Positions 27,401-36,729 of a stretch of 64,000 nucleotides of DNA are shown here, in pieces. Position numbers and translations under genes: made by a program. The stretch covers positions 8,342 through 72,341 of the forward strand of contig CAYWMQ010000001.1 in NCBI GenBank assembly GCA_964459635.1, in the 5' to 3' direction. This DNA comes from an uncultured Candidatus Saccharibacteria bacterium. GTDB lineage: Bacteria; Patescibacteriota; Minisyncoccia; Phycocordibacterales; UBA12088. The notes beneath the pieces are model-generated. The model ran no database searches and was not told the origin of the DNA. It saw only the letters and a list, made by a program, of their open reading frames with translations. Numbering within the stretch: position 1 is the stretch's first letter; each line of letters starts with the position of its first letter.

Positions 27401-30312
27401 GTGGCGTGGTACACGGTGTGCCACGCACGGTTGAAGCGTGGAACAACAACGCGCACCGTGCATGGGATTATGCTACCGGGGAGACACCCGTCGCGCCCGC
27501 GGGAGCTGCCGGAGCCGCACCTGTGGAAGCGCCTCGCAGTGGAGCGACGCAAGCACCCGAGACACCACCCGACAGTGCGCATGTCGAAGTGCCGCCGGCC
27601 GGTGCGCCGCGCGCTCAGGCGGAGATCACGGGCCAAGGTGCATCAGTACAGGAGTTTGAGCGTATTCGAAAGGAAGGGTACGTCATTACGGAGGAACATG
27701 GCGCTCGCGTGTACACGCATCCGGATGGCATGCGCTACCATGTCTTTGGGAATGGGAACATGTACGCAGAGACCCTGAATGAGTCACCCTCTGCAGGGGA
27801 TGGGCACGCGGGTATCTCAAATTCACCAAAGGTCACTCTGGACAATCTGCCACCGGAGTTACGTGAGCATTTGGTGCGGCTCGTGCGTGTGCAAGTCTCA
27901 GAAGCTATTGAGGCGTACGGCGGCGGCATTGGTGCGGAAGAGCAAAAGCTGGTCCTGGAGGAGCTCGCCAAGGACGGTCTTACCGCGGACGATGCCTCGC
28001 GTGAGGCGGTGATGGAAGCACTGGCGCGAGTAAAAAACGGCATAGGAGACCGCCCGCGTACGTTTGAGCCCGGGCCTTCACGCGGCGCTGCGCCTGTCGC
28101 GCCCGATGAGGTACGTCCACTCGGCACGCGTACGGCGGCGGCGCCCGAAGCGCTGCATACGCGCGCCGCAGCGTCCAGCGTGCAAGAGGCATACGGTGTT
28201 GCGGATACAACAGGGAGCCGGAGCCAGCGCATCCTCAATAATTTGGAAAGCATGCGGCACACCTTTGCAGGTACGGGTTTCAAGGAAGGGGTAGCAACCA
28301 CAGCCTCACTTGACTACATTCTTAAGCAGGTCGAGTTACCTAAGAGTTCCATTTTCCCGCGCGCGAGCTTCCGCGGCGCATGGGGTGCGGTGGCGGACTT
28401 CCCGGCCTCACGAATATTCGACAGCCGGCCGGGCGCAGAGCTCCTGCTGCCCAACAGACAATGGGTCGCTATGAACCCGACCACAGAGGCTATGACCCGC
28501 AACTTCTTCGAGCAGGTGGATCATCGTGTGACCGGCGGTCGCCTCTTGCATAATGCCGACTACCTACGCGGCCGCAGTCTGGGCGATGTCATGCATGACT
28601 TCGAGCGCATACAGAAGGGGCAGGTACGCGTTGAGGACGTTCTGCGCCAGCGGATGGGGCGTGGTGCGGCTGTTGCAGCGGAGGCCGACACACGCGTACG
28701 CGACACCATGCCGCACGAACAGCCTGCAGCTGCGCGCGTACCGGAGGTGCAAGAGTCGCGTTCGGGCTTTGTGCCGGGGGAGCGCACGGCGGCGGCGAGC
28801 GCCACACTCTTGCGCAAGCTTGATGCGCTCGCCGGCCCGGATGTCTCGCATGTACGCGTGGCGGACCTTCTCGCACGTGAGCCGCAGACCCTCAGTGAGC
28901 AGGTGGCGCGCCAGTATGTTGTTGGCTTCCAAAACAATGGCATTACTGCAGATCCGAACCTGTCATTCAAGGAGTACCTCACACGTGCGGTTGACGAGTA
29001 TCTCGAACGCGGTTATTCGCCGCAAGAGCTTGAAATAGCAATGGACTGGCTTGAGGAGGAGTACGGCAAGGCATCGGCTCCGCGTTCGCGAGCAAAGTAT
29101 GCCGTGTATGATGCATCTGAGCCGGTGCCTTTCCGGCGCGCGGGTATTGAGGCTCCAGGCACGGTGAGTCCCGAGGCTATGCGTGCGTCAGAAGCGCTCA
29201 CGGGCCGATTGCGTGCGCTCGGTTCCGTAGAGCTCGGGCGCGACTCCGTGAGCGACGTGTACGCGGGCGACAACAGGGTGAGCGAGCTACTTGGCTCGAA
29301 GCCGCGCAGTGCGGGGGACTACGTGGCACAACGCTTCGTGCAGCAGATGAAGGCGCAAGGCTTTGTCGCAGATGAGCGTTTGCCCTTTGAGCAGTACGCG
29401 CGTGAGGTTATTGACCAGTATCTGAAAAAAGGAGGCACGGAGAACAACATTGCAATGCTTACCGGTATGTTCGAAGACGAAGAACTCGTGCAGCGCGCTC
29501 TTGCGCGCTCCGCGAGCGAGTCGTATCACGAAGCGGATGAAGCGCGCGAAGATGTGGCATACACACGCGAGCGCGGGAGTCGTCGCTCAGGTGGGCAAAC
29601 GTCGCGGACGGGCGTGCGTGGTACGTACCACGGCGAGGCGGGTCCGTTAGAGGCGGATGGTCGTTTTAAGGTGGAGTTTCGCTCGCGTAACCCGCAAGCT
29701 CCGGAACTGCGCATCAGGTCGGGAGGACGTTATTATACACAAGCAGTTGAACGTGTTGAGGCATCTGCTCGGGGTAGTACTCAGTACAAAGGCTGGCTTG
29801 AGTACCCTGGGTCTGCGCTCGAACTTATGAATAGGGACGCGTCCTTTGCCAAGCACGTGTACGACGAACTGCGTGAAGCGGGTTGGGAGGGTCGTACGGG
29901 CAACCGATCGTCATGGAAAGTCTACCAGCTGCCCGATGCTGAAACACTGGCGCACACGTCTCCCCGTGAGCTTCTGGTGAGTGCGGAGGTGCAGGAACTG
30001 GAGGGTATGCGGAAGCAGGCACGTTATCTGGAGCACCACGATAGGGATCTGTACGGCAGATCACGCATTAACATGGGTCGCGATGGTAAGCTTCGCGGCA
30101 GCGGCTCGCTCTTTGAAGAGCGCGAGGGGTCGCGCAACAGAGGCCGGATTGACTCGCATGAGCGACAAGCGCGGCGTGAAACAGACGCTCGCAGTAGGCG
30201 GGAGTTTAGCCGCAAGATGGACAAGATACGCCGCGATACTGACAAGTTGCGGAGCGATCGCAAGACGATGCGCGACATACAGCGCATGAAGCAAGATCAG
30301 CGCAGACATTAA
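24475..30312 (+). CDS. large coiled-coil protein with central Gly/Ala-zipper membrane segments (~1945 aa)
   Basis: TG-G-TATACT promoter and GAGGTG before ATG 24475. Charged helical N-half, hydrophobic GxxxG-rich segments, internal duplications and an Arg-rich tail. Confidence 0.8.
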   Translation: MGERAYIKTEDDPLAGKTVLQPYVSEEVLRALSEEELLNQANAARVALGMAPLSDTADAVQADPQRKEVIILALERNLAKFHETQQGESGDAEFAYVYDPRNGRGEWLSREQALRAGFTERAASADDADALRARAGELLEQANLLRSSLVGNQSKQKARLDVAIVRLQGLLEERPSDIAALEERVRDLEEEVRRQEQPGENPTSDVQNKNPAIRVNERDVAASEEKAAVERQEAELRDLSKRFERFEVGTVSGDQNYSRDYDRAEHLLFELEKRLEGSSEQVRQSEIRHLERLIVKLERMQASAKAGPGAPEPAPTPAQEADPHTAERARARVYEEVAMEILARLPEGNDWEKAKKRFFTDDWERITREVGSESTTPDLKRLIVEYDHLRAYEWNLKEPSSGAAHTEAAEPTPAPTPEADPHASERAEAQQLEEEAQQLIATLPTGYDAADLSKQGAEKSWEALVRKSGSQAKTPDLTVLRDALEELRRLVAHTPPKAPESPHAGFKIEKGGKAEITRLENYVALRLAELPVTTDEERAHHDVLIAEWKHLKEQYGSHAAKPEYEHLKDFVLAHLKLGGVTTEAELDAVLGVVSDKSALGTETEAERITALAQEREENHLRTREAYGAEIREARERYQGYRKELLDAEEAYLNAVTAHREGTKYFKGLRNRLLRNTEGQEQIAKLERDMRAAQVEFETKLNEMKAERAERLGLTHRLLEMSYQRRLGGENDPAAHPERRKAQREAKFAALHEALVLRSTSTMLELAQGIGGKEELDIAVASRVGVRREDLSEGTRDASGVLTPEAQVRATARKEHWAELEKAVGERKDPSRLVRTYKAGMRYYRSIPKEKQLAIRMLGGGAVGLVVGGGAGAAAYMAARAGAGFFGGALMAGAVSKKLFGATERHIARSKKGILESDTMTLADKQHEYMAMRRRERNMKRGAMALTGAAAFAAGASAGQAVNEVAMSGLSLESIGRGVVHGVPRTVEAWNNNAHRAWDYATGETPVAPAGAAGAAPVEAPRSGATQAPETPPDSAHVEVPPAGAPRAQAEITGQGASVQEFERIRKEGYVITEEHGARVYTHPDGMRYHVFGNGNMYAETLNESPSAGDGHAGISNSPKVTLDNLPPELREHLVRLVRVQVSEAIEAYGGGIGAEEQKLVLEELAKDGLTADDASREAVMEALARVKNGIGDRPRTFEPGPSRGAAPVAPDEVRPLGTRTAAAPEALHTRAAASSVQEAYGVADTTGSRSQRILNNLESMRHTFAGTGFKEGVATTASLDYILKQVELPKSSIFPRASFRGAWGAVADFPASRIFDSRPGAELLLPNRQWVAMNPTTEAMTRNFFEQVDHRVTGGRLLHNADYLRGRSLGDVMHDFERIQKGQVRVEDVLRQRMGRGAAVAAEADTRVRDTMPHEQPAAARVPEVQESRSGFVPGERTAAASATLLRKLDALAGPDVSHVRVADLLAREPQTLSEQVARQYVVGFQNNGITADPNLSFKEYLTRAVDEYLERGYSPQELEIAMDWLEEEYGKASAPRSRAKYAVYDASEPVPFRRAGIEAPGTVSPEAMRASEALTGRLRALGSVELGRDSVSDVYAGDNRVSELLGSKPRSAGDYVAQRFVQQMKAQGFVADERLPFEQYAREVIDQYLKKGGTENNIAMLTGMFEDEELVQRALARSASESYHEADEAREDVAYTRERGSRRSGGQTSRTGVRGTYHGEAGPLEADGRFKVEFRSRNPQAPELRIRSGGRYYTQAVERVEASARGSTQYKGWLEYPGSALELMNRDASFAKHVYDELREAGWEGRTGNRSSWKVYQLPDAETLAHTSPRELLVSAEVQELEGMRKQARYLEHHDRDLYGRSRINMGRDGKLRGSGSLFEEREGSRNRGRIDSHERQARRETDARSRREFSRKMDKIRRDTDKLRSDRKTMRDIQRMKQDQRRH

Positions 30313-30323
30313 CCCCACCGCAC

Positions 30324-30722
30324 ATGAACAACGATGACACACAAGAAGACGCCGTACACCCGCTCTTTGCCGAGCTTGGGCTTGAGGAGATGACACCTGA
30401 GGAGCAAGCGGAGACGCTCACGTCTGTGGGAGAGGTGGTATTTCAGGGCGTGATGCTGCGGGTGATGCGCGTCTTAAGCGAAGAAAAGCAAGACGCGCTG
30501 TCCGCGCTCTTCGACGCGAGCACCGAAGACCCCGACTCCGAGGAAAAGCGTGCTGCGATATACGCGTTTATCACGCACGAGGTGCCACAGTACGACGACC
30601 TGGTCGAGGAGGAGCTTGATGCGCTATACGAGACCTACAGCGGAAATCTTGAGGAACTGAGCGCCATAAGCGAAGCAGTCGGTACTGCGGACGCTGCCGT
30701 ACGCCCGGACGAACAAGTGTAG
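30324..30722 (+). CDS. acidic DUF5663-like protein
   Basis: LFAELGLEEMTPEEQAETLTSVGEVVFQGVMLRV..LSEE..VPQYDDLVEEE, a pattern typical of this CPR-enriched family (recalled, not searched). Confidence 0.7.
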   Translation: MNNDDTQEDAVHPLFAELGLEEMTPEEQAETLTSVGEVVFQGVMLRVMRVLSEEKQDALSALFDASTEDPDSEEKRAAIYAFITHEVPQYDDLVEEELDALYETYSGNLEELSAISEAVGTADAAVRPDEQV

Positions 30723-30737
30723 CTCCGTTGGTACCGT

Positions 30738-30799
30738 CATCCCATCCGCGCTCATCCGCGTAGTTTCTGCGTCGGATTCGCGTCATCCCGGGCTTGACC
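30738..30799. repeat. short degenerate ATCCGCG-type tandem repeat plus REP-like half site
   Basis: CATCCGCG ct CATCCGCG tag TTTCTGCG tcg GATTCGCG, then GTCATCCCGGGCTTGACC. Confidence 0.5.
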
Positions 30800-30865
30800 A
30801 TGCGCGCCTCTGCCCGCACAATGCCTAGAGTTGCGACGCCACACATCGTGCGTGTGTGGGTCGCA

Positions 30866-30898
30866 ATGCCTATTTCGACAGTCAGTTGAAATAGGCAT
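30866..30898. promoter_or_regulatory. 14-bp inverted repeat upstream of pepA
   Basis: ATGCCTATTTCGAC-AGTCA-GTTGAAATAGGCAT (one G-T pair), 13 nt before ATG 30912. Confidence 0.5.
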
Positions 30899-30911
30899 AA
30901 CACTACCCCCT

Positions 30912-32315
30912 ATGAACATCACCACACCCCCCAGCACACGCGCGCTTGAGTCGGGCGTATACACGAGCGTCTCCTTTGTGGAAGACTCGAACATGCATGA
31001 GCTCGTACGCACCGATACAGGTGTCTACCGCATGGAAATGGGCATAAAGGACAGTATGCCCATGACCGCACGCCGCTTTCGCTTGCTCGTGCGTACGCTT
31101 GTACAGCACGCCAAAGGCGACAAGCGCAAGAGACTGGCCGTGTCGCTCGATGAGCTCTTGCGTATAGCGCCCCCCGACATGAGCAGGCTTGAACTTCTGC
31201 GTGCTTTTGCAGAAAATGCACACCTTGCAAACTATGCGTTCGTTGCGTTCAAGGAAAAACCAAAAGAAGGATGGCCTTTTATGGATGAAATAGCGCTTGC
31301 GGGGGCACTTACGGCAGAGGACAAGGCGGTGCTTCGCATAGGGGAGCTCGTGGCGCGCGAAGTAAATGCCGCACGCGACCTGGCGAACACGCCGGGCGGC
31401 GACATGACGCCGGGCATCCTGGCCAAGCGTATTCAAGCGTCCGCGCGTGGGACCGAGGCAACGGTCAAAGTACTTGGGCGCGTACAAATGGAAAAGCTGG
31501 GCATGGGCGCTATTCTTGGCGTAGCGAAGGGTTCAAAGGAAGAGCCAAAGTTCATCATCGTAGAGTACAAGGGCGCAAAAAAGAAGCAGCCAACGGTGCT
31601 TGTGGGAAAGGGTATCACTTTTGACACAGGCGGTCTCAACTTGAAGCCGGGTAACGCCATTTCGGACATGCATCTCGATATGTCCGGCGGCGCGGCGGTC
31701 GCGCACGCGGTCATAGCGGCGGCGCGCCTCAAGCTCCCTGTACATGCCGTGGCGCTCATACCAGCAGCCGAAAATATGCCGTCGGGGGAGAGCTACCGCC
31801 CGGGTGACATACTGCGCTCACTTTCGGGGAAGACCATTGAAGTGTTTGATACGGATGCCGAAGGCCGCATCGTGCTTGCGGACGCGCTCACCTACGCTGC
31901 GCGATATAAGCCTGAGCTCGTGGTCGACGTGGCAACGCTCACGGGAGCGGCTATGGTGGCGCTTGGAACGAAGGCGTCAGCACTTTTTTCGGCAGATGAC
32001 GCGCTCCGTGCGCGCATGCTTGCGCTCGCGGAGTTAAGCGGTGATTATTGCTGGCCACTCCCCATGTGGGAAGAATATAAAGAGCGCGTCAAGGGTAGAT
32101 TCGGCGATGTGGCCAACCTTCCGGAGTCCAACTACCGCTACGGCGGTTCGACCGATGGGGCCATGTTTCTTGCGGAATTTGCGCAGGGCTACCCCTGGGT
32201 CCACATAGACATGGCCCCGCGCATGACGAGCGACAAGAGCGACCAGCTCTCGCCGGGAGCCACCGGCGAGCCTGTGCGGATGTTGGTGCGTTTGCTTGAG
32301 AGCGTCTCCCGCTAG
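30912..32315 (+). CDS. pepA: leucyl aminopeptidase (M17)
   Basis: RDLANTP, LVGKGITFDTGG, DMSGGAAV, AENMPSG, DTDAEGRIVLADAL, ATLTGA, WVHIDMA. Confidence 0.93.
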   Translation: MNITTPPSTRALESGVYTSVSFVEDSNMHELVRTDTGVYRMEMGIKDSMPMTARRFRLLVRTLVQHAKGDKRKRLAVSLDELLRIAPPDMSRLELLRAFAENAHLANYAFVAFKEKPKEGWPFMDEIALAGALTAEDKAVLRIGELVAREVNAARDLANTPGGDMTPGILAKRIQASARGTEATVKVLGRVQMEKLGMGAILGVAKGSKEEPKFIIVEYKGAKKKQPTVLVGKGITFDTGGLNLKPGNAISDMHLDMSGGAAVAHAVIAAARLKLPVHAVALIPAAENMPSGESYRPGDILRSLSGKTIEVFDTDAEGRIVLADALTYAARYKPELVVDVATLTGAAMVALGTKASALFSADDALRARMLALAELSGDYCWPLPMWEEYKERVKGRFGDVANLPESNYRYGGSTDGAMFLAEFAQGYPWVHIDMAPRMTSDKSDQLSPGATGEPVRMLVRLLESVSR

Positions 32316-32412
32316 TGCGCGTCAATTTGGCGCGCGTACACAGGGTATGGTCTGCTCGCGCTATCCACGGTCTCCGCTAACGTTGCGCTTGTACTTGGGG
32401 TACACTGAAGCT

Positions 32413-33699
32413 ATGCGAGTGGCATTCGCGCGCTTTTTTCCGTACGTCTACGCGGCGTGTATTGTCGTGCTGGCTGCCGCGCCGCTCGTGTGGGCATATG
32501 CACAGGAAGCTTTCGATACCACGGAGCCTGAGCGTCCACCGGCCGCTATAGAAAGCTCGGCGTCATTTGCGGTGACGCCCGTGGTGTCCAACGAGAAAGC
32601 AAAAGCGCGCGACATCATCAAGAAAGAGCTTTTGCTCGAAAATAAGAGTGCCGAGCGCATAGGGCTGCGCGCCAAAGTGGAAAACGTAGACCCTGGCGGC
32701 GGCGCGGTGTCGTTCGTATCGCCGGGTGAAGCGGATCTGGCTCATTCGCTCGCGAACTGGGTGGAAATAACACGCGGCGTCGTAGAGCTTGAGCCCGGTG
32801 AGAGTCGCAAAGTGCCGTACCTCATACATGTGAACGTTGTGGCGGAGCCGGGGACCTACTATGCGCGCATCGCATTTACGGACGGCTCACCTGAGTATGA
32901 GACTGACAAACGACCTGATGGAACCAGCCTTCTTTTGACGGTAGAGGTGGCTGATGACGCACGCGAGCGCCTGCAGCTGGCCGGTTTTGTTGCGTCCCGG
33001 TCGCTTGTGTTCGGCGCCGACGCGGCGTTCACGTACCGCCTTGAAAATGTGGGCAACAGAGACCTGGAGCCGCGCGGCACTATCCGCATATTCAACAGAC
33101 GCGGCGAGGAGGTCGGGTCTGTGCCGCTCAACGCGGACGGCGTGTCGCTCTCGCCCGCGAGCAAGCAGCAGCTCGCCACGGCATGGAACGCGAGCGGCCG
33201 TTTCGGCAAGTACAAGGCATTTTTGGACCTGGAGTATGGCACGGAGCAGCTCGCGAGTGTGCAGGACACCGTCTACTTTTGGGTGTTCCCATGGAAAGAA
33301 ATTCTCGCGTCCATGTTCGGCGTGCTCGTGCTTGCGGTGGTGGGCACCTATGTCATCCACATGCGCACCATGGCGCGGCCGGCGCATGTGTATGCGCCCG
33401 TGTATCCCGAAGCACAGTCTCGCATGTCACCTAAGTCCGTTCTGATGCCGAGCGGTGCTCGCAGCCACGGCGATTTCGCAGATCAGCCTGTGGCTTCTGC
33501 GGCGCCGGTGCGCGCTACGGCTCAGGCTGCACCTGCTCGCGTCGTAGCTCAGCCTATGCCGGCGGCTCCTCCCGCGGTTGTCCTGGCGCGCAAGGAAGCG
33601 GCATCGCCCGGCCCGGTGGTCTCGCTCGCGCCTCGCAGTCGAGGTGGCTCTCATGTAGATGCTCAAGCTCACACCGTTCAACTCAAACCCCGCCGGTAG
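32413..33699 (+). CDS. DUF916/DUF3324-like (WxL-interacting) membrane protein, paralog 1
   Basis: Signal peptide ending AYA, LEPGESRKVPY..EPGTYYA, ENVGNRDLEPRG, GKYKA.L.LEYG, C-terminal TM. -10 TACACT lies 6 nt before the ATG. Confidence 0.7.
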   Translation: MRVAFARFFPYVYAACIVVLAAAPLVWAYAQEAFDTTEPERPPAAIESSASFAVTPVVSNEKAKARDIIKKELLLENKSAERIGLRAKVENVDPGGGAVSFVSPGEADLAHSLANWVEITRGVVELEPGESRKVPYLIHVNVVAEPGTYYARIAFTDGSPEYETDKRPDGTSLLLTVEVADDARERLQLAGFVASRSLVFGADAAFTYRLENVGNRDLEPRGTIRIFNRRGEEVGSVPLNADGVSLSPASKQQLATAWNASGRFGKYKAFLDLEYGTEQLASVQDTVYFWVFPWKEILASMFGVLVLAVVGTYVIHMRTMARPAHVYAPVYPEAQSRMSPKSVLMPSGARSHGDFADQPVASAAPVRATAQAAPARVVAQPMPAAPPAVVLARKEAASPGPVVSLAPRSRGGSHVDAQAHTVQLKPRR

Positions 33700-33700
33700 G

Positions 33701-35092
33701 GTGGCGCTACAAAGTGCCTCGCGTGCACCCACAACAGGGGCGCGGTTTTTCTTGCTTCTTATACTTTCTACTTTCTACTTCCTACTTGCTACTTTCTACC
33801 TTCTACTTTCTACTCCCGTCTTTGCCCAAGACGCCCTCACGCTCACCATCACACCGCCCTTGATACAGGTGAACTTGGATCCCGGGCAAACATGGACGAG
33901 CAGCATTCGAGTAGTGAACGGCAACCGCTACGAGGTTACGGTATACGCAGACCCCGTGCCGTTTACGGCAGAAGGTGAGGGTGGCCGCCCGCGCATAGTC
34001 TTGTCGACCAAAGCAGCGGACAATGCCACGGCAAACGGCGTAGCGGCGTGGCTGGACGTGCCGCAGGAACCTATCATCATCGGCCCCGAGCAGACGCACG
34101 AGGTACCGTTCACCATACGCGTGCCGGCAGACGCGCCGCCGGGCGGACATTATGCCGCGGTCCTGATAGGCAACAAGCCGGGTGCGGGCGCGGCGGAAGG
34201 CGGCACGGTCACGGTCTCAAGCTCTATTGCGTCATTGCTCCTGCTCACCGTTTCCGGCAATATCGACGAGCGCGGGCGTATACGCGACTTTGTGACGGAG
34301 CGGCATCTCTACGATAAGCCTGAGGCGCGCTTTTCGCTGCGCTTTGAGAACCAAGGCAATGTGCACATCCAGCCGCAGGGGGATATAGTCATTTACAACC
34401 ACTTCGGTAAAGAGCGCGGGAGAGTCACCCTTGGCCAAGGGGGCAACTTCGGCAATGTGCTTCCCGGAAGTATCCGTCAGTTCAGCTTCGAATGGATCGC
34501 GGACGCGGGAGGCTGGGATATCGGCCGGTACCGCGCAGAGGCAACGTTTGCATATGGTAAAGACAGCAAACGGTTCGCCAGTGCGACAACATACTTCTGG
34601 GTGCTTCCACTTGGGCGTATCGCGCTGCTTGCAGGCGGCTTGGCGCTGTTCATATGGTTTATCGGGTGGAGCTTGCGGCTTTACGTACGCCGAGCGTTGG
34701 CTCTGGAAGCACAGCGTATCGCTAGCACCGATCCTCCGCTTCAAGCCCGTGCGGCAGTGCGCCCCGCGGAGCCCGTTCAGGAGCATGTGGCACCACAGAT
34801 CGTTTCACCACGTACGTACTTGCGGCCTATCGAGCGAGGTATCGTCGATCTGCGCGCCCTCGCGCGTCCCGTTGATTCCGAATCCGGTCCGCAAGCGGGG
34901 CATGTGCTCGTCAGCCGTTTGCACCGCACGCGCGCGTTTCTACGCAGGTACCGTGTCTTTTTCATCTTCCTTGCCGTCGTAGGGGCAGCGCTTCTGATGG
35001 GGCGGACCTTGCTGCGCGATGTGCTCACGTACGAGCGCGCATACGAAGTGGAGGTGCTGGATCCGGAAGCACCGAAGTCAGACGCACCGTAA
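33701..35092 (+). CDS. DUF916/DUF3324-like membrane protein, paralog 2
   Basis: Repeat-encoded signal peptide, VPFTIRVPADAPPGGHYAA, ENQGNVHIQPQG, GRYRA, two TMs. Start GTG 33701 or ATG 33659. Confidence 0.72.
   Translation: MALQSASRAPTTGARFFLLLILSTFYFLLATFYLLLSTPVFAQDALTLTITPPLIQVNLDPGQTWTSSIRVVNGNRYEVTVYADPVPFTAEGEGGRPRIVLSTKAADNATANGVAAWLDVPQEPIIIGPEQTHEVPFTIRVPADAPPGGHYAAVLIGNKPGAGAAEGGTVTVSSSIASLLLLTVSGNIDERGRIRDFVTERHLYDKPEARFSLRFENQGNVHIQPQGDIVIYNHFGKERGRVTLGQGGNFGNVLPGSIRQFSFEWIADAGGWDIGRYRAEATFAYGKDSKRFASATTYFWVLPLGRIALLAGGLALFIWFIGWSLRLYVRRALALEAQRIASTDPPLQARAAVRPAEPVQEHVAPQIVSPRTYLRPIERGIVDLRALARPVDSESGPQAGHVLVSRLHRTRAFLRRYRVFFIFLAVVGAALLMGRTLLRDVLTYERAYEVEVLDPEAPKSDAP
33762..33817 (+). 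repeat. eight 7-nt units (TACTTTC consensus) encoding a signal-peptide h-region
   Basis: TACTTTC TACTTTC TACTTCC TACTTGC TACTTTC TACCTTC TACTTTC TACTCCC, translating within ILSTFYFLLATFYLLLSTP. Confidence 0.9.
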
Positions 35093-35159
35093 CACGTGCG
35101 TAGCACGTGTTGTGCAAGAGTGCTCCATCCTTTGGGGACGTTGTGGCGTAGACGGCATT

Positions 35160-36200
35160 GTGCGATGCAGGGGTGATCTCGCGCGGGCAGTGTCACTCGC
35201 TCGCGTACCGCTTCAAGCACAGGGCCTGGGCATAAAAGTGCAGCCGTCAACCATTGAAGAGCGTCTTGATCCGGGCGGCTCGGTGGAGGGTGTGCTCACT
35301 ATCACCAACGAGAGCGATGCTCCACAGGTCTACAAGATAGGTACGCGCGACGTAACAGGCATGGAGCTCTCCGGCAGACCGAACTTTTCGGATAAACCGG
35401 GCGGTGAAGACCCGTATGCTGCGTCTGCGTGGGTACGCCCGCAGAAAGACAGCGTTCCTCTTGCGGCATGGGAGGCGGTAGAGGTGCCGTACCGTATTGA
35501 GGTACCGACTGACGCGAGTCCCGGCGGGTACTTTGCGGCTATCTTCGTGACGCGCGAGGCAGATGGTATTGCCGAGTCGGGAGCGAGTGTTGGCTTTCAC
35601 GTGGCGGCGCTCGTAAACCTACGCGTCAACGGCGAGGTGCGTGAGGACTTGGTGCTGAAGGAGTTTAGTACCGGGCGCGCTGTACATACCGACCTCGAGG
35701 TGGAATTTACCGCTCGCATGGAAAACACCGGCACCGTACATGAGCGGCCCGTGGGTATCATTACCATTGCGGACATGTTCGGCAAAGAAGCGGGGAAGGT
35801 GATGCTTAACGAAAACGAGGGGGCGATACTGCCACGTTCCGAGCGTCTATTTGATACTACGTGGAAGGGAGAGGGCTTCCACGTGGGCCGGTACACGGCA
35901 CTTCTCAGCGTGACATATGGGAATGACGCGAAGCAAACGGTCACACGTTCGACTACGTTTTGGATTGTACCGCTCCGGGACACGGCAGCCTTTGCGGGAG
36001 CTATTGTAGTGGCACTTGCGCTCATCTTGCTTGGTATGCGGGCCTATGTACGCCGGCAGCTTCGCCGTGCGGGCTACGATGCACAGACCGTACGTATCCG
36101 TGAGCAGAGCTCTTTTGCGGCAAAGCTTAGTCGTGTGCTTGTCTGGCTCGCGGCCCTACTCGCACTCATGGTCGTTGCAGTGGTGGTGTTCTTCGCGTAG
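35160..36200 (+). CDS. DUF916/DUF3324-like membrane protein, paralog 3 (start uncertain)
   Basis: VPYRIEVPTDASPGGYFAA, ENTGTVHERPVG, GRYTALL.VTYG, two C-terminal TMs. ORF is open from 35019. Confidence 0.68.
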   Translation: MRCRGDLARAVSLARVPLQAQGLGIKVQPSTIEERLDPGGSVEGVLTITNESDAPQVYKIGTRDVTGMELSGRPNFSDKPGGEDPYAASAWVRPQKDSVPLAAWEAVEVPYRIEVPTDASPGGYFAAIFVTREADGIAESGASVGFHVAALVNLRVNGEVREDLVLKEFSTGRAVHTDLEVEFTARMENTGTVHERPVGIITIADMFGKEAGKVMLNENEGAILPRSERLFDTTWKGEGFHVGRYTALLSVTYGNDAKQTVTRSTTFWIVPLRDTAAFAGAIVVALALILLGMRAYVRRQLRRAGYDAQTVRIREQSSFAAKLSRVLVWLAALLALMVVAVVVFFA

Positions 36201-36315
36201 ACCCCCTGTGCACGTGTGTGTTGCGCGCAGACATCAGCCTTGATACGGTAGAGGTACCGATCGTGCATGTCGCCTTCACACTCTAAACTCTACACTATCC
36301 ACTAAGTACCCAGGT

Positions 36316-36675
36316 ATGCTCTGGCGCTACACGCGACGCGATACAAAAGTCCTGCTGCTTGCAACGCTGCTCACCGTGAGCGGCTACGCGTACCTTTTGG
36401 CGGACAGCTGGAAGCATGAGCTTGTGCAGAGCATGCAGACAGCCCAGGTAGTGGGGGTGTTTGCGTCCGTGGCACCCAACGAAGCGAACACGCGCATGGC
36501 CGCTCTTGACGCGCGCGAGGCGGAATTACAGGCGCGCGAGTCTTTGCTTTTCGAAGAGATAACGCGTCGCGACCGGACCATGCTCGTCATCGTCACAGCG
36601 ATAGGCGCGGTGCTCTTGGTTCTCATTTTGCTTAATTTCTACCTTGACCAAAAGCGGCGGATGTCGCTGGCGTGA
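36316..36675 (+). CDS. small two-TM membrane protein
   Basis: N- and C-terminal hydrophobic helices flank a short coiled coil (LDAREAELQARE). Confidence 0.75.
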   Translation: MLWRYTRRDTKVLLLATLLTVSGYAYLLADSWKHELVQSMQTAQVVGVFASVAPNEANTRMAALDAREAELQARESLLFEEITRRDRTMLVIVTAIGAVLLVLILLNFYLDQKRRMSLA

Positions 36676-36729
36676 AAACGAAAGGCACCTGCCGATAGCA
36701 GGAAAGTTAAAAGTGCATTACACGCGTTA

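Noticed and set aside
14342-30312. Prophage tail or tape-measure region
   Set aside because: No terminase, portal, capsid, integrase or lysis genes were recognised; the giant protein has an N-terminal membrane segment and cellular neighbours.
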